Source of the DNA: Bauldia sp.
Lineage (GTDB): Bacteria; Pseudomonadota; Alphaproteobacteria; Rhizobiales; Kaistiaceae
Assembly: GCA_040878485.1 (NCBI GenBank)
Contig: JBBDMC010000215.1
Location: 1 to 60,096 of the forward strand
Direction: 5' to 3'
DNA: 60,096 bases
Shown: one piece after another, positions 26,811 to 35,729 of the stretch
Position numbering within the stretch: the stretch's first letter is position 1
Layout: each line of letters begins with the position of its first letter
The notes under the pieces: generated by a model
Seen by the model: only the letters and a program-made list of their open reading frames with translations
The model's database searches: none
What the model was told of the DNA's origin: nothing
Position numbers and translations under genes: made by a program

Positions 26811-27903
26811 GCACGGCCTCCGCCGGCTCCCTCGGGGGAAGCCTCTGCGGCCGGTCGTCCTTGGCGGTCGGTTTGACCAGCGGGCTGGCGACGAAACAGG
26901 CCACGCGATGCTCCGGGGCAAGCGTGGTCAGCGCCGGGTTCTCGTGCCGGCAGATGTCCATGGCGATCGGGCAGCGGGGATGGAACCGGCATCCGCTCGG
27001 CGGGTCGGACAGGTTGGGCGGCGCGCCGGTTAGCGCCTTCTTGACCGTGCGGTCGCCGATCTTGGGCAGGCTGGCGATCAGGTGCGCGGTGTACGGGTGC
27101 AGCGGCGCGCGCAACAGCTCGGCGGTCGGCGCCTCCTCGACCAGGCGACCGGCGTACATGATGCCCAGCCGGTCGGCCATGTTGGCGTGCACGGCCATGT
27201 CGTGGGTGACGAACATGATCGAGGAACCGATCTCCTGTTGCACCTCGCGGATCATGCCGAGAACGCTCTTCTGCACCACCACATCGAGCGCGGTGGTCGG
27301 CTCGTCGGCGATGATGAATTCGGGCTTGCAGACGGTCGCGAGCGCGATGGCCACCCGCTGGCGCATCCCGCCCGACAGCTCGTGGGGATAGGCGTCGAGA
27401 ATCCCCGGATCGAGGCTCAACCGGCGCAGGTGATCCTGGACGATGCGGCTGAATTCCGCCGCCGAGCGCCCGATGTGACGGAAGGCGAAGTCGACGAACG
27501 ACCGCCGCACCCGGCGCACCGGGTTGAGGACGTTCATCGACCCCTGCATGATGTAGGACAGGTATTCCCAGCGGATGCCGTCGACCTCCTCGGGGTCGGC
27601 GTCGTAGATGCTGATGCTTCGGGTCTTGAACCTGAACCTGACCGATCCGCCGATGACGTTGAGCGGCGGGCGGATGGCGCCGGCAATGGTCTTGATCAGC
27701 GTGGTCTTGCCGCAACTGGACTCGCCGGCGAGGCCGTAGATTTCGTTCCGTCGTACCGTCAGGCTGATGTCGTCGACCGCCCGCACCTCGCGGGTGATGC
27801 CGAAATAGTCCGTCTCGTAGTAGGCACGCAGGTTCGATACCGTAAGCACCGTATCGCCGGCGCCGGGCTGCGTCAGCGGCGCGCCGGCCGCAAGCTGCTC
27901 CAT
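26806..27903 (-). CDS. Peptide/oligosaccharide-type ABC transporter ATPase (OppD/DppD-like)
   Basis: GESSCGKTT and LSGGMRQR motifs, with a C-terminal CRFHPRCP oligopeptide-type domain. The ATG at 27903 overlaps the upstream stop. Confidence 0.9.
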   Translation of the reverse strand: MEQLAAGAPLTQPGAGDTVLTVSNLRAYYETDYFGITREVRAVDDISLTVRRNEIYGLAGESSCGKTTLIKTIAGAIRPPLNVIGGSVRFRFKTRSISIYDADPEEVDGIRWEYLSYIMQGSMNVLNPVRRVRRSFVDFAFRHIGRSAAEFSRIVQDHLRRLSLDPGILDAYPHELSGGMRQRVAIALATVCKPEFIIADEPTTALDVVVQKSVLGMIREVQQEIGSSIMFVTHDMAVHANMADRLGIMYAGRLVEEAPTAELLRAPLHPYTAHLIASLPKIGDRTVKKALTGAPPNLSDPPSGCRFHPRCPIAMDICRHENPALTTLAPEHRVACFVASPLVKPTAKDDRPQRLPPREPAEAVR

Positions 27904-29003
27904 CAGGCGGTGCCCCCCATGCGGCTCAGCCGGCTGCGCGGGTCGATGTACTCGTTCATCGACACCGCCAGCAAGAACAGCCCGATGAAGGTGAGCGTGA
28001 TGAAGAAGGTCGGGAAGACGAACCACCACCACACGCCGGAGACCATGGCGCTATGCTGGTTGGCCCAGAAGATCATCGTGCCGACCGTCGGCGTGTTGAT
28101 GTCGGTGAAGCCGAGCACGGAAAGGGTCACCTCGAGGCCGATCGACCAGTTGATGTTGTTGAGCGTGGTCGAAAAGACGATCGGCAGCACGTAAGGGAGA
28201 TGCTCCCTGAGCACGATCTCGCGCGTCGTCATGCCGGAGAAGACGCTGGTGCGGGTGAACTCGCGCGTCTTCAGGCTCATCATGAGCGAGCGGATCAGTC
28301 GCGCGTCGTAAGCCCAGCCGAGGCAGGCCATGACCAGCGCGAGCAGCGCCCAGGTCATGTAATCGCGCATGACGAAGTAGAACAGGATGAGAAGCGGGAA
28401 CAGCGGGATGACGATGAAGGTGTCGTTGATCGACATCAGCACCCGGTCGGTCAACCCGCCCTTGTAGCCCGCCAGCAGCCCGACGACGAGCGAGATGATC
28501 CGGCTGAGGATCGCCACGGCGAAGCCGAAGACCAGCGTATTGCGGATCGCATAGGTGAGCTGCCAGAGAACATCCTGGCCGCGCGAATTGGTGCCAAAGG
28601 GATGCTCCCAGGACGGCGGCATGTCGGGCGCGACGACATAGATGTTGATCGGCGAATAGGGCGAGAAAGCCGACAAGATCGCCATGCCGACCACGATCGC
28701 GGCGAGAATCGAGCCGAGCGCGAACTCGCGATTGTACCGGAACAGGTCGCGGACGATCTTGGAGAACGCGCCGGCGCTGGCTCCGGCACGCTCGGCCAGG
28801 AGCGACCTCCCCGCCCGCGCCGTTGTGGCGTGTCCCGTCGACGGCTTGAGGCGATGGGAGTCTGGCCGCAGCGCGTCCGCCGGCGCCGCATCGCCGGATC
28901 CGCCCGCGGCCCCATTGCGGCGGAGGAGATCGGCCTCCGCCGCCTGGTGCGGGAGGGCGGCGACCGGCGTTTCGCCAAGGGGCCGGGAGGTTGCGCGGGT
29001 CAT
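27903..29003 (-). CDS. ABC transporter permease (DppC/OppC-like) with a long N-terminal extension
   Basis: Family-5-system inner-membrane component motifs. The ATG at 29003 lies 19 nt after the upstream stop. Confidence 0.85.
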   Translation of the reverse strand: MTRATSRPLGETPVAALPHQAAEADLLRRNGAAGGSGDAAPADALRPDSHRLKPSTGHATTARAGRSLLAERAGASAGAFSKIVRDLFRYNREFALGSILAAIVVGMAILSAFSPYSPINIYVVAPDMPPSWEHPFGTNSRGQDVLWQLTYAIRNTLVFGFAVAILSRIISLVVGLLAGYKGGLTDRVLMSINDTFIVIPLFPLLILFYFVMRDYMTWALLALVMACLGWAYDARLIRSLMMSLKTREFTRTSVFSGMTTREIVLREHLPYVLPIVFSTTLNNINWSIGLEVTLSVLGFTDINTPTVGTMIFWANQHSAMVSGVWWWFVFPTFFITLTFIGLFLLAVSMNEYIDPRSRLSRMGGTA

Positions 29004-29022
29004 GAGCCGGTGTCCTCGCCGA

Positions 29023-30036
29023 TCAGGTGAGTTGCATGCGCGGGTCGAAGACCGGATAGAGCACGTCGATGACAAAGACCGCCGCCGACACGGCGACGAT
29101 CGAGATCGCGGCGACTCCAAGGACGAGGCCGTAGTCGCCGGCGTAGACCGCGCCGATCAGGAGTCGGCCGAGGCCTGGATAGCTGAACACGAACTCGACG
29201 ATGATGGCGCCGTTGAAGATGGCGCCGAGCGACATGGCAAGGCCGGTCACCTGCGGCACCAGTGCATTGCGCATGACATAGAACGGGAGGATCCGCCGCC
29301 GCGGCACCCCGGCGAGCTCGGCATAGACGACATAGTCTTCCGTGACGATGTTGGAGACGAGGGCGCGCATGCCCATGAACCAGCCGCCGATGGTGACCAG
29401 CACAATCGAGACCGCGGGCAGGATGGAGTGGCGCAGCACGCTCTGGATGAATTCGAGGTTGAGGCCGCGCGTGATGTTTTGCGCCGCGCCCCCGCTGATT
29501 GGCAGGATCGGCCAGAGAAAGCCGAAGATGATGAGCAGCACGAAGGCGATGATGTAGTAGGGGATCGGATGGAAGCCCATCGCGACGACGCCGAACAGCT
29601 TCAGCGCGTGGCTGTTGCGGTAGTAGCCGGCGAGCCCGCCGAGCAGGTTGCCGAGCACCCATGCGATCAACGTACAGGTGAGCAGGAGCCCGATCGTCCA
29701 GGGCAGGGCGCGGCCGATCAGGACGGAGACCGGCGTCGGGAAGGCCGACAGCGACGGTCCGAAATCCAGCATCAGCAATCGCCGCCAATAGGTGAAATAC
29801 TGCTCGAGGATCGGTCCGCCAGTCCCGTAGAGCTCGCGCAGCGAGACCCGCATCATGGCGACGGCCTCAGGCTCGCTCTGGCTGAACGTAGTTATCGCCG
29901 CGATCATCTGCTCCACAGGATCGATCGGCGTCAGATGCGTGATGAAGAAGGTGAGCGAGATGCCGATGAAGACGACGAGCACGAACTGCGCGAAGCGTTT
30001 TGTCACATAGATGCCGTAGCTGCGCATGTCTCGCAC
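29023..30036 (-). CDS. ABC transporter permease (DppB/OppB-like)
   Basis: Typical DppB-like N-terminus (YVTKRFAQFVLVVFIGISLTFFITHL). GTG at 30036 or ATG at 30027. Confidence 0.9.
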   Translation of the reverse strand: MRDMRSYGIYVTKRFAQFVLVVFIGISLTFFITHLTPIDPVEQMIAAITTFSQSEPEAVAMMRVSLRELYGTGGPILEQYFTYWRRLLMLDFGPSLSAFPTPVSVLIGRALPWTIGLLLTCTLIAWVLGNLLGGLAGYYRNSHALKLFGVVAMGFHPIPYYIIAFVLLIIFGFLWPILPISGGAAQNITRGLNLEFIQSVLRHSILPAVSIVLVTIGGWFMGMRALVSNIVTEDYVVYAELAGVPRRRILPFYVMRNALVPQVTGLAMSLGAIFNGAIIVEFVFSYPGLGRLLIGAVYAGDYGLVLGVAAISIVAVSAAVFVIDVLYPVFDPRMQLT

Positions 30037-30056
30037 CCGCGGTCGTTCGCGCCACG

Positions 30057-30087
30057 GGCAAGGGCGGCGGATGCCGCCGCCCTTGCC
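30057..30087 (-). other. Perfect 14-bp GC-rich hairpin between the SBP and permease genes
   Basis: GGCAAGGGCGGCGG-atg-CCGCCGCCCTTGCC. No U-tract follows on the transcribed strand. Confidence 0.5.
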
Positions 30088-30114
30088 GTTCGCTGGTCTT
30101 GCCGGCGGTCGCGG

Positions 30115-32007
30115 CTACTGTTGGGTCGGCCGCAGCTTCACCATCATGTAGCGCGAATTGGCCCAGTTCGGCACGGGATTCGTGTAGGGGTCCTCAGCCG
30201 TCGGGTAGCCCGTCCAGTAGGTCTCGTCCATCACCGTGAAGACATTGTACGACATCAGCGGGATGGTGGGCATCTCGCGAACCGTCAGCTTCACGAATTC
30301 GCGGCCGAGCTCGAGTCCCCGCGGATCGTCGAAGCCGACGCCGCGGATCTCCTCGATGATCGCATCCAGCTCGGGCGAGCCCCAGCGCTGGTGGTTGCGC
30401 GGCGGCTGGATCTCTCCGGGCTTGGCGATGAACTCGGAATGCCAGCTATCGAGGAAGTAAGACAGGTCCGGGTGACCGCCCCAGGTCTCCACGCTCCAGC
30501 TTATGATAACCTCGAAATCGCCGGCCCCACGCCGCGGGAAGAACGCCGCCTGCGCATTCTCCGGCGTGGCGTCGACGCCGAATTCCCGCCACTGCTGGGC
30601 GACCATGGTCCCGGCCCGGGTCATCACCGGACGGCCGTCGCCCTCGACCACCACCTTGATCGAGAAGCGCTCGCCGTTCGGCATGTACCAGTCGTTGCCG
30701 CGACGGGTGAAGCCGGCGCGCTCCAACAGCTCGGCGGCCGCCTCGAGATCCTGCTTCCACCAGCCCGCACCGAAGGCGCGCTTGATCTCCTCGGCGTCGG
30801 TCGGGATCTGGTCGCCCATGGACGGACGCAGCATGTCGGCGATCTGCTGGCCGATGGTCGGGTCGTAGGGCTTGATCTTCCGCTTGCCGGTGTCGATCTC
30901 GAACTCCGACAGCCAGTCGTTGAGCGGGAAGTGATAGAAGTCCGGGTGCGTGCCGGTCGGCGGGACCTGGATCGCGGAGATCGTCGCCGCGCCGCGATAG
31001 GAGGCCATCGACACTTGCTTGATATCGATCGCCAGCGCCAGGGCCCAGCGCACGTCGCGGTTCTGGAACTTCTCAAGCTGGTGGTTGAAGATCAGGGCCG
31101 GGAGCGTCGGGTCGGGATGGGCGTAGGGGAAGCCCTTGAACCAGGCGATCGACTTCGGCGAGTCCTTGGCCAGCTTGAACATGCCCTCGGGCGAGACGTC
31201 GTGGATGATGTCGAGCTCGTGGTTCATCTGGGCGATGACCCGCTTGTCCGGCGGGCCCGGATCGACGTAGGTCACGTACTGCGGCCCCGGCTCGCCGAAG
31301 CGCGCGATGGTGGTGCGCTGCCAGTCGTCCCGCTTCTGCCAGGTGAACCACTGCCCGTTCGGGTCGTAGCCATGCAGCGTGTAGGCGCCGAGGGAGACCG
31401 GCGGGTTGAAGTTGTAGGTGACCGGATCCTTGCCCTCGAAGATGTGCTTGGGCATCATCCACGCCGCGCCCCAGCGCACCGTGAAGAGGGCGTGGAAGCG
31501 CGAATTTGGCTTCTTGAGGTTGAAGACCACGGTGTAGGGATCCGGCGCCTCGACGCTCTCGACATTGAGTTGATAGGACCCGCTGCGCGTCATCCCCTTG
31601 TTGTTCAGGTGTGTCTCGGTGGTGAACACCACGTCGTCGGCGGTGAACTCGACGCCGTCGCTCCAGTAGATCCCCGGCCGCAGCTTCACCGTCATCTGGG
31701 TGAAGTCGTCATTGTAGATCGGCGGCTCGGTGGCGAGCGAATTATCCCAGACGCCGTCGAGGCCGTAGTCCGGATCGATGTACCAGAACGTATCCATCGT
31801 CAGCTGATGTATCCCGGTCGCCACATTGGTCACGGAACCGGCAGGCGTCCAGATGTTGAACCAGTCAGGGTTCTTGATGGTCCCGTTCGGGTTCTCGACG
31901 ATCAGGGTTTCGTTCCGCGGCAGCTTGGACGTGGTGCCTTGCGCGTATGCAGGCGCACCCATCACCAAGGCGGTGGCAGCAAGCGCCAACGTTTTCAGGA
32001 ATCGCAT
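30115..32007 (-). CDS. ABC transporter substrate-binding protein, family 5 (peptide/oligosaccharide type)
   Basis: Signal peptide MRFLKTLALAATALVMGAPAYAQG. 630-aa family-5 SBP pattern. First gene of the operon that ends in abfA. Confidence 0.9.
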   Translation of the reverse strand: MRFLKTLALAATALVMGAPAYAQGTTSKLPRNETLIVENPNGTIKNPDWFNIWTPAGSVTNVATGIHQLTMDTFWYIDPDYGLDGVWDNSLATEPPIYNDDFTQMTVKLRPGIYWSDGVEFTADDVVFTTETHLNNKGMTRSGSYQLNVESVEAPDPYTVVFNLKKPNSRFHALFTVRWGAAWMMPKHIFEGKDPVTYNFNPPVSLGAYTLHGYDPNGQWFTWQKRDDWQRTTIARFGEPGPQYVTYVDPGPPDKRVIAQMNHELDIIHDVSPEGMFKLAKDSPKSIAWFKGFPYAHPDPTLPALIFNHQLEKFQNRDVRWALALAIDIKQVSMASYRGAATISAIQVPPTGTHPDFYHFPLNDWLSEFEIDTGKRKIKPYDPTIGQQIADMLRPSMGDQIPTDAEEIKRAFGAGWWKQDLEAAAELLERAGFTRRGNDWYMPNGERFSIKVVVEGDGRPVMTRAGTMVAQQWREFGVDATPENAQAAFFPRRGAGDFEVIISWSVETWGGHPDLSYFLDSWHSEFIAKPGEIQPPRNHQRWGSPELDAIIEEIRGVGFDDPRGLELGREFVKLTVREMPTIPLMSYNVFTVMDETYWTGYPTAEDPYTNPVPNWANSRYMMVKLRPTQQ

Positions 32008-32136
32008 CGTAATCCTCCTCCCAGATCAGGGTGCGTCGCGTCGGTCCCTTTGAGATGCTGTTAGGTTAAGGACCGTGGGAGCACGCTATCCGAGAGGGTG
32101 AGCACATACAACAAAAAAGACGATATAAATCGGTTT

Positions 32137-32154
32137 GTCTGATACAGATATCGG
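32137..32154. promoter_or_regulatory. Candidate operator in the AT-rich promoter region of the SBP-abfA operon
   Basis: GTCTGATA-caga-TATCgg. It shares GTCTGATA and the CTGATA/TATCAG half-sites with the site at 33157-33173. Confidence 0.3.
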
Positions 32155-32174
32155 CGGCCCGCAGAGTCGGTCGG

Positions 32175-33131
32175 CTATCTTTCACTCATGACTCTTGAAC
32201 CGTTGCGCTGCACATACAGCCGCATGACGATGTCCTGGTCGTAGTTTCCAAAGCCCTTGCCGAAGATGTTGACGCCGCCGGGGTGCTCCGCCTTCGGATC
32301 GATGCCGATGCGCATGCGGATCGAGTGGTGTTTCGGCAGGTCGAGCTGGTCGATGGTCACGTCCGAAATACGTACTCCGTCGATGAATGTCCCCGACTTG
32401 CCGATGCGCCAAGTCTTCAGCTTTCCATATTGCGAGCCTTCGAGCTTCCACCAGGTGGGCGTGAAGACGCCGCGCTTGTCGCCATAGTCGCCGGGCGACG
32501 TCCAGGTTCCGGCAGGAATGTCATTGACCCATAGCGTGATGTCGGACGGCCAATTGAGGTTGGTTCCGGGAACCTCCGAAGAGAGCTCCATCGAAAACTC
32601 GACGGATTCGACAGACGAGTTCAACAGCTTGGCATTATTGGGAAACTTGTATTCGACGTGACCCCGGCCAAACCACGCCAGCGCCGCCTGAACACGACTC
32701 GGATCGAGGAAAGAATCGGGGACATCGAGCAGCCCGATGATCCCCTCGGTCGAGCAGAGACCGCACGGCGCACTCACCTCGGCATTGGTGAAAAGGCCGA
32801 GCGGCATCGACACCTCGACGAGATTGTTGTCGCGCTTCGGCTCGGCCGATTCGAAACGCACCACAATCTCGCTGAAGCGGGCGGCGCATATCTTCTGCTG
32901 TCCCTTCTTGGCGCGGATCGTCTCGCTGGTGACCAACCCGGCTTCCTCGAGCAACTGGATGTTCGTCGCGACCGTCGACTGCGGGAGTTTCAGTTTTTGG
33001 CTAATTTCATTGACGTTGAGCTTTCCGTGGACATGCAGCAGCTTCAGGATGCGAATGCGGACAGGTGAGGCGAGGCCCCTCAGCACGTTGGCGCTATGTT
33101 CGGGGTTGATGGTCAGGAAATTGGGCTTCAT
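32175..33131 (-). CDS. ArsR-family wHTH regulator with a large (about 220 aa) C-terminal domain
   Basis: LASPVRIRILKLLHVHGKLNVNEISQKLKLPQSTVATNIQLLEEAGLV is an ArsR HTH. The long C-terminal domain could not be assigned. GC is noticeably lower than in neighbouring genes. Confidence 0.8.
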   Translation of the reverse strand: MKPNFLTINPEHSANVLRGLASPVRIRILKLLHVHGKLNVNEISQKLKLPQSTVATNIQLLEEAGLVTSETIRAKKGQQKICAARFSEIVVRFESAEPKRDNNLVEVSMPLGLFTNAEVSAPCGLCSTEGIIGLLDVPDSFLDPSRVQAALAWFGRGHVEYKFPNNAKLLNSSVESVEFSMELSSEVPGTNLNWPSDITLWVNDIPAGTWTSPGDYGDKRGVFTPTWWKLEGSQYGKLKTWRIGKSGTFIDGVRISDVTIDQLDLPKHHSIRMRIGIDPKAEHPGGVNIFGKGFGNYDQDIVMRLYVQRNGSRVMSER

Positions 33132-33156
33132 GAGGGATCCCGTCGGCGGCAGACTA

Positions 33157-33173
33157 TATCAGGAAGTCTGATA
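33157..33173. promoter_or_regulatory. Candidate autoregulatory operator upstream of the ArsR-type gene
   Basis: Inverted repeat TATCAG-gaagt-CTGATA, 26-42 nt upstream of the start at 33131. Confidence 0.35.
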
Positions 33174-33214
33174 GCACAGAGCACCAGCGCGAGCGAAGGG
33201 CCAGGACACGGAAT

Positions 33215-33472
33215 TCAGCCCGCACGCCGGCGTGTCTGGGTTGCCGCCGCCTCACCAGTCGCCGGCGTGCCGTCGCCGCTGGTCAGAAGATTGTGGGTGC
33301 GAATGCGGACGGGGCCAGGGCTTAGTTCAGCCAACTCGCGGAGGAGCTTCTTGCCGTTGGGACAATAGGTGTAGTTCGGCTCGTCGTGGCCGAACCAGTT
33401 CCACAGCGGCCGATAGTCGCCGGTCGTTCGGTCTGCATGAACGTCGATTCTTGCGGCCATCGCGTTCTGCAT
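33215..33472 (-). pseudogene. Probable 5' remnant of a glycoside hydrolase gene (GH39-like beta-xylosidase N-terminus)
   Basis: The first 60 or so codons (WNWFGHDEPNYTYCPNGKKLLRELAELSPGPVRIRTHNLLTSGDGTP) look like the N-terminus of proteobacterial GH39-type enzymes, from memory. The ORF then runs into low-complexity sequence and stops at 85 aa. Confidence 0.35.
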
Positions 33473-33613
33473 TATTCTTCGACTTCTTGTTCGGCGTCTC
33501 TGGGGGGCGTCCCCGGTCCACGGAGACCGCCTACACCATCACCTGTACTTACGTCGAGAGCAGCGGCGGGGTTCACTTTGCCGACTGTGGGCGTCGTGCT
33601 TGCCAGCCCGCGA

Positions 33614-34852
33614 TCACGCCGGATTGAACAGCGGCTCGACGGCAACCGGCTTCCCGCTCTTCGCGCTTCTCACGGCGGCGACGCCGGTCAGCACCGACAA
33701 CGCGCCCGCCCGGGCGCCGGCGCGCTGGCCGAGCGGATCGGGCGTGCCGGGCACGAAGAGCATGCGCTGGAGCGCCGGATCGCCACCGAAATGGCCACCG
33801 GCGCCATGCTTGACACGAACGCGTTCGACGCCGCCGAAGTTTTTCATGACCAGGATCTCGTCCTCCGCCGGCATTGGCCACGCCTGGCGCTCGTACTGGC
33901 GTAACTCGATCCGCCCGCGGCGCCCGTTGAACGCCAGGTGATAGCCTTCGATCGGCATGAACGTGTTCAGCGAATAGGCCACCTGGACGCCGTTCTCGTA
34001 CTGGATGGCCGCAGTCATGGTGTCGAAAATGTCTATCTCCTGGCGGAAGACGCAGGCGTCGCGAAAGTAGCCGTCCTCTTTCGACGGTCCCTCGTAGAGG
34101 GCGGTCAGCCACGGGTCCTGCGAAATATCGAGATAGAAGTCGCAGTGGGCGGCATGCTCGCAGGTCTTGCAACGCACGCCGCGGAACGGACCGTTGCGGC
34201 CGTAGTGGACGAGCGCGCCGCGGGCAAAGACCTCGCGCGGCGCAGAATTGAGATACCAGTTCAGGAGATCGAAGTGGTGGGTCGCCTTGTGGACGAAGAG
34301 GCTGCCTGAATGGGCAAAAAGGGCGTGCCAGCGGCGGAAGTAGTCGGCCCCGTGTTCGGTGTCGAGATACCAGTGGAAGTCGACGGAAACGACATCGCCG
34401 ATGACCCCGGTGAGGAGGATCTCTTTTACCTTCGCCGCGGTCGGGCCGAAGCGGTAGTTGAAGCCGACATCGACGCGGCGGCCGGTCCGGCGCTCGGCGT
34501 CGAGGATGCGGCGGCAGTCTTGCGCGGTTGTCGCCATCGGCTTTTCGGTGATGACGTCGACGCCGGCTTCGAGCGCGGCGACGATCTGGTCGGCATGGGT
34601 GTCGTCGCGGGTGGTAACGATGAGGGTGTCGGGTCGGGTGGCGGCGAGCATCTCGCCGACGTCGGTGAAAGCCGGCGCGTTGGTACCGATCGCCAGTTGC
34701 GCCTGCGCCAGGCGAAGGGCGTTCGGATCGGCGAGGCCAACGAGTTCGATGCGATCGGGCATGTCGCGGCAAAGCTGGCGGCCCCAGGTGCCGCTTCCGC
34801 GATGACCGGTGCCGGCGAGCGCGATGCGCCGTCGCGGGGGCTCGGCGCTCAT
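33614..34852 (-). CDS. Gfo/Idh/MocA-family oxidoreductase
   Basis: RIALAGTGHRG Rossmann N-terminus and the EKP motif (ITEKPMA). The ATG at 34852 lies 1 nt after the upstream stop. Confidence 0.85.
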   Translation of the reverse strand: MSAEPPRRRIALAGTGHRGSGTWGRQLCRDMPDRIELVGLADPNALRLAQAQLAIGTNAPAFTDVGEMLAATRPDTLIVTTRDDTHADQIVAALEAGVDVITEKPMATTAQDCRRILDAERRTGRRVDVGFNYRFGPTAAKVKEILLTGVIGDVVSVDFHWYLDTEHGADYFRRWHALFAHSGSLFVHKATHHFDLLNWYLNSAPREVFARGALVHYGRNGPFRGVRCKTCEHAAHCDFYLDISQDPWLTALYEGPSKEDGYFRDACVFRQEIDIFDTMTAAIQYENGVQVAYSLNTFMPIEGYHLAFNGRRGRIELRQYERQAWPMPAEDEILVMKNFGGVERVRVKHGAGGHFGGDPALQRMLFVPGTPDPLGQRAGARAGALSVLTGVAAVRSAKSGKPVAVEPLFNPA

Positions 34853-34853
34853 G

Positions 34854-35729
34854 TCAGCAGACCGTCCGGTAACGCTGGATTGCGGTTGCAAGAAACGCGT
34901 CGAGCGGGCGCGCCGCCCAGGCGGCGGACAGCACCTCGACCTCGCACGCGCCGGCGTAGCCTTCGGCTTCAACGGCGGCGCGGAGCTTCGCAATCTCGAT
35001 GACGCCGTCGCCCATCATGCCGCGCCCGGCCAGCAGGTTTTCGGTCGGCACCAGCCAGTCGGAGACGTGGAAGGCGAGGAGGCGGTCGCGGCCGATGCGG
35101 CGGATCTGTTCGTAGACCTCGAAGTCCCACCAGATGTGATAAACGTCAACCGCCAGGCCGAGGCCGTCGGACCGATCGGGATCGAGGTCGTCGCAAAGGG
35201 CGAGCGCTTGACGGAGCGTGTTTAGGCAGGAGCGCTCGGCCGCCATCATCGGATGCAGCGGCTCGATGGCGAGCTTGACGCCGGCGGTCGCCGCGTACGT
35301 CAGGAGCTCGACAAGGCCGTCGCGGACCTGCGCTCGCGCGCCGGCGATATCCCTAGAGGGCTCCGACCCCGGCCGCGCGAACTGCGGCAAGCCGCCGACC
35401 ACGACGACGAGGCAAGGGGCGGCGAGCGCGGCGGCTTCATCGACGGCGCGGCGATTGTCGTCGCGCACTTCCTGACGGTGCGCGGCATCGGTCGGGAAAA
35501 GGCCGGCGCGGCAGTAGCCGGAAAGGCTGAAACCGCCGTCGCGCAGCGCCTTGGCGGCGCGGCCCAGACCGACGGCGGCAACCTGTTCCCGCCACGGCGA
35601 GACGACCGAAACACCGTGACGCTTGGCTGCCTCCAGGATCGCGAGGAGGTCGCCCTGCCCGCGCACGCTGCCGGTGTTGAGCGATAGGAACCGGAGGTCG
35701 GTGTCGGCGGCGAGATTCCGCATCGTCAC
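34854..35729 (-). CDS. Xylose-isomerase-like TIM-barrel protein (sugar phosphate isomerase/epimerase family)
   Basis: AP-endonuclease-2/xylose-isomerase-like pattern (LAIEPLHP, DVYHIWWD). The start overlaps the upstream stop (ATGA). Confidence 0.85.
   Translation of the reverse strand: MTMRNLAADTDLRFLSLNTGSVRGQGDLLAILEAAKRHGVSVVSPWREQVAAVGLGRAAKALRDGGFSLSGYCRAGLFPTDAAHRQEVRDDNRRAVDEAAALAAPCLVVVVGGLPQFARPGSEPSRDIAGARAQVRDGLVELLTYAATAGVKLAIEPLHPMMAAERSCLNTLRQALALCDDLDPDRSDGLGLAVDVYHIWWDFEVYEQIRRIGRDRLLAFHVSDWLVPTENLLAGRGMMGDGVIEIAKLRAAVEAEGYAGACEVEVLSAAWAARPLDAFLATAIQRYRTVC

Noticed and set aside
28684-32064. 1126-aa ORF on the plus strand, the longest in the track
   Set aside because: It runs antisense to three well-supported minus-strand genes (two permeases and the family-5 SBP). 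Its composition is Arg/Asp/Gly/His-rich and low-complexity, with no recognisable motifs. This is a typical high-GC shadow frame.
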